Both the position numbers and the translations under genes were made by a program. Source: an uncultured Chloroflexia bacterium (GTDB lineage: Bacteria > Chloroflexota > Limnocylindria > Limnocylindrales > CSP1-4). From it: 64,000 bases of DNA. Shown here piece after piece: positions 61,031 to 64,000 of the stretch. The notes below the pieces were generated by a model, which had not been told where the DNA came from, searched no databases, and saw only the letters and a program-made list of their open reading frames with translations. How positions within the stretch are numbered: position 1 is the first letter of the stretch; each line of letters begins with the position of its first letter. The stretch is from assembly GCA_963766735.1 (NCBI GenBank), contig CAVYBU010000017.1, positions 197,286-261,285 of the forward strand, read 5' to 3'.

Positions 61031-62169
61031 ACCCGCGTCGGCTCCGCGCCATCGTCCGCCGGGTCGTGCAGGAGATCCGCCGGGATCGCCCGAGCCTCGC
61101 CCTCCTGTTCATCGTTCCGATCGCGATGACGGGACTCGTGACCTTCATCGTCCGGGAGTCCCAGGCACCGCCCGTCGAGGCCGTGCTGGTGAACGAGGGT
61201 GGCGCCCGCGGGATCGCTGTGGAGGCGGTGCTGCGCTCGGCGCTCGAGGCCGGGGACGTGACCGTCACCGCGGCGCCCGACGAGGAAGCCGCCCGGAGCA
61301 TGGTCGAGAACGGCGATGCATCCATCGCAATCGTGCTTCCGGCCGACCTGGGCGAGGACGCCGCGACGATCACCCTCATCACCAACGGCCTCGATCCGGC
61401 TGGCGACGCGACCCAGGTCGCGGTCGTTCGGCAGGCTCTGGTCGGCGCCGCGGCGGCCGCGGCAGGCGCCCGGCTGCCAGCCATCAGCCACGTGACCGTG
61501 TACGGAGTTCCCAGCGACGATCCGATCGCACCCTTCGCGCCCGCGATGGTCGCGTTCCTGGCCTACTTCTTCGTCTACATCCTCACCGGGGTCAGCTTCC
61601 TGCGCGAGCGCATCGGCGGCACGCTGGAGCGCCTGATGGCGACGCCCGTCTCGCGCGGCGAGGTGGTCGTCGGGTACATCGTCGGCTTCGGCCTGTTCGC
61701 GACGCTGCAGGTCGCGGTTCTCATGGCCTGGGTCCTGGGGACCATCCACGTGCCGGCCATCGGTCCGCTCCCCGAGTTCTCGATCGGACTCGGGGTTGCG
61801 ATGGCGGGCGACCCCTTGACGGCCTTCCTCGTGGTCTTGCTGCTTGCCCTCGGGGCGGTCAGCCTGGGCATCTTCCTCTCGACGTTTGCCCGGACAGAGC
61901 TGCAGATCATGCAGTTCATCCCGATCGTGATGACGCCACAGTTCCTGCTGTCCGGGGTCCTGTTCCCGGTGAGCTCACTACCCGACGTGCTGCAGCCGTT
62001 CGTGGGCCTGATGCCGGTGACATATGCGGTCGAGGGGCTGCGCGAGGTGTTCGTCGCCGGTGCGGGGCTGTCCAGCGCGGTGCTCCGTTGGGACATGGCG
62101 GTGCTGGCGCTGGTCGCGGTGTCCTTCACCGTGATCGCCTCGCTCACGATCCGCCGGGACGTCGTGTAG
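61027..62169 (+). CDS. ABC-2 exporter permease
   Basis: RRDRPSLAL, LRERIGGTLERL..TP, QFIP...PQ.LLSG; ATGA overlap. Confidence 0.88.
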   Translation: MNPRRLRAIVRRVVQEIRRDRPSLALLFIVPIAMTGLVTFIVRESQAPPVEAVLVNEGGARGIAVEAVLRSALEAGDVTVTAAPDEEAARSMVENGDASIAIVLPADLGEDAATITLITNGLDPAGDATQVAVVRQALVGAAAAAAGARLPAISHVTVYGVPSDDPIAPFAPAMVAFLAYFFVYILTGVSFLRERIGGTLERLMATPVSRGEVVVGYIVGFGLFATLQVAVLMAWVLGTIHVPAIGPLPEFSIGLGVAMAGDPLTAFLVVLLLALGAVSLGIFLSTFARTELQIMQFIPIVMTPQFLLSGVLFPVSSLPDVLQPFVGLMPVTYAVEGLREVFVAGAGLSSAVLRWDMAVLALVAVSFTVIASLTIRRDVV

Positions 62170-62297
62170 GCGCGCGGACCCAGGGCGGCCATGCGGGTAC
62201 CGGCCGCGACCCTGCCGCCCGGGTACTTCATCGTGCCCGGCACATGACCGCCGCGACGGCGGCACGGCCGTCCGGGTGGTTCGGTAGGCTGCATCGC

Positions 62298-63517
62298 ATG
62301 AGCACCCGGGCCAACACCCCAGACCCCGGCGCCGCAGCGCTCGCGCGGGACCCGGCAGCCCTCGCGGCCCGTCTGGCCGCTGTCGACTCCGGAGGCCGCC
62401 GCCCGGCCTGGCGACATCCGCGTCGTCCACGCCCCCGGACGCGTCAACCTGATCGGCGAGCACACCGACTACAACGAGGGGTTCGTCCTCCCGGTGGCGA
62501 TCGATCTCGGGATCGCGATCGCGCTGCTGCCGACGGATGACGGCATCGTCCGCCTGACCCTGGCCGAGACCGGCGAGACGGGCGAGTTCGATCCCACGGC
62601 CGTCGGCGCCCGGCAGGGCGGCTGGATCGACTACGTGGCTGGCATCGCCTGGGCGATGGCGGAGGCGGGCCTCCGGCCGCGGGGGTTCCGCGGGATCCTC
62701 GCCTCGGACCTGCCGCAGGGGGCGGGCCTCTCATCGTCCGCGGCGCTCGAGGTCGTGAGCGCCTGGGCGCTTGCCGGCGGCGAACGGCCGGCAAGTCGAC
62801 CCGATGCGTCTCGTCCATCTCGTCCAGCGGGGTGAGAACGGCTACATCGGCCTCAACAACGGGATCATGGACCAGTTCGCGTCGATCTTCGGCGAGGCGG
62901 GCCGCGCGCTCCTGCTGGATTGCCGCACGCTCGACCACCGAGCGATCCCCATGGCCGACGACGACCTCGCGCTGGTCGCCTGCCACTCGGGCTCGCCCCG
63001 ACGGCTGGAGTCGTCCGCCTACAACGAGCGTCGCTCCCAGTGCGAGGCTGCGGTGGCCGTCATCGCGGAGACCGTGCCCGGCGTCACCGCGCTGCGCGAC
63101 GTGACCCCGGCGATGCTCGAGGAGGCGCGGCCGCGGATGGACGCGATCGTCGCCGCCCGCGCGGAGCACATCGTCTTCGAGAACGAGCGTGTCCTCGCGG
63201 CGATCGCGGCCTTCGAGGCGGGCGACCTGGCCACCGTCGGCCGGCTGTTCTACGAGAGCCATGCCTCGATGCGGGACCTGTTCGGGATCAGCAGCCCGGA
63301 GCTGGACGCGCTGGTGGAGATCGCCCGTTCCACGCCCGGGGTCATCGGCGCACGCCTGACCGGGGCCGGCTTCGGGGGCTGCACGATCAACCTGGTCCGC
63401 CGGGACGCCGTGCCGGCCTTGCGGGAGGCGGTCATGCGCGACTACCCGGCGCGGACCGGCCTGGCCCCGCGCGTGTTCGAGGTGGCGGCGTCAGACGGAG
63501 CCCGGCGGATCGCCTGA
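62298..63517 (+). CDS. galK: Galactokinase (two frameshifts, near 62388 and 62793)
   Basis: [51 protein letters not shown] across three frames. Confidence 0.9.
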
Positions 63518-63593
63518 GCCCGTGACCGGGCGGACCTGCGATCATGCAGGGGCCGCCCGGCAAGCGCTCCACGGCCCCAGGAGGAACCCCCGC

Positions 63594-64000
63594 GTGCCCA
63601 CCGATCCCGTCCGGCCCCCGGACGCCGACATCGCCGCGCTCGAGGCCGAGCCCCACCGGCGCCTCAACGCGCTGACCGGCGAGTGGGTCCTGGTCTCCGC
63701 CGGCAGGACGAAGCGCCCCTGGCTGGGTGCCGAGGAACCCGAACCGCCCGAGGAGCGCCCCGCCCACGACCCGGACTGCTACCTCTGCCCCCGGAACACC
63801 CGCGTCACGGGCGACCTCAACCCGGACTACGCCTCCACCTTCGTGTTCACCAACGACTTTGCGGCCCTCCGGCCGGACACCTCCGACGCCCGCGTTGGTG
63901 GCGGCCTGTTCCGTGCCGAGGGGACGCGGGGCACCTGCCGCGTCGTGTGCTTCTCGCCGCGCCACGACATCACGCTGGCCGGGATGGATGCGGCCTCGAT
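63594..64000 (+). CDS. galT: Galactose-1-phosphate uridylyltransferase, N-terminal part (runs off window edge)
   Basis: AGGAGG RBS; [55 protein letters not shown]. Confidence 0.92.
   Translation, partial: MPTDPVRPPDADIAALEAEPHRRLNALTGEWVLVSAGRTKRPWLGAEEPEPPEERPAHDPDCYLCPRNTRVTGDLNPDYASTFVFTNDFAALRPDTSDARVGGGLFRAEGTRGTCRVVCFSPRHDITLAGMDAAS

Overview
High-GC bacterial chromosomal window. Gene content (F420-dependent LLM enzymes, CYTH-CHAD protein, many leaderless genes) suggests Chloroflexota, possibly Limnocylindria-like, or an Actinobacteria-like lineage; this is inference only. I saw no rRNA, tRNA, CRISPR array, transposase or prophage. Main blocks: (i) a reductive pyrimidine-degradation cluster (dihydropyrimidinase, F420-type LLM oxidoreductase, beta-ureidopropionase, class III aminotransferase) with an unexplained ~220-nt rod-like fold-back element in its divergent intergenic region; (ii) TetR/SnoaL, HAD, DUF1801, an ECF sigma/anti-sigma pair, an AlkZ-like glycosylase, upp, a class 3 asparaginase, two J-domain proteins, a DtxR-like regulator, gltX and proS; (iii) a ~24 kb phosphate/polyphosphate region (PhoB-like RR, PiT+DUF47, PhoR-like HK, EEP-GDPD fusion, SixA, phoU, pstSCAB, Ppx, CYTH-CHAD, ppk1); (iv) ABC exporters, a Zn-dehydrogenase, a ligase-fold protein lacking its catalytic residues, S9/C45 peptidases, NUDIX, PfkB, EamA, fgd and galK/galT. 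Best novelty candidates: a Ppx with a histone-H1-like basic tract plus a long Pro-Glu acidic tract, sitting in the polyP locus; an apparently catalytically dead ATP-dependent ligase domain with an N-terminal QLSL clamp-binding-like motif; and the 5669-5888 structured RNA candidate. Seven single-base frameshifts look like sequencing or assembly indels. All calls come from reading motifs by eye; no searches were run.
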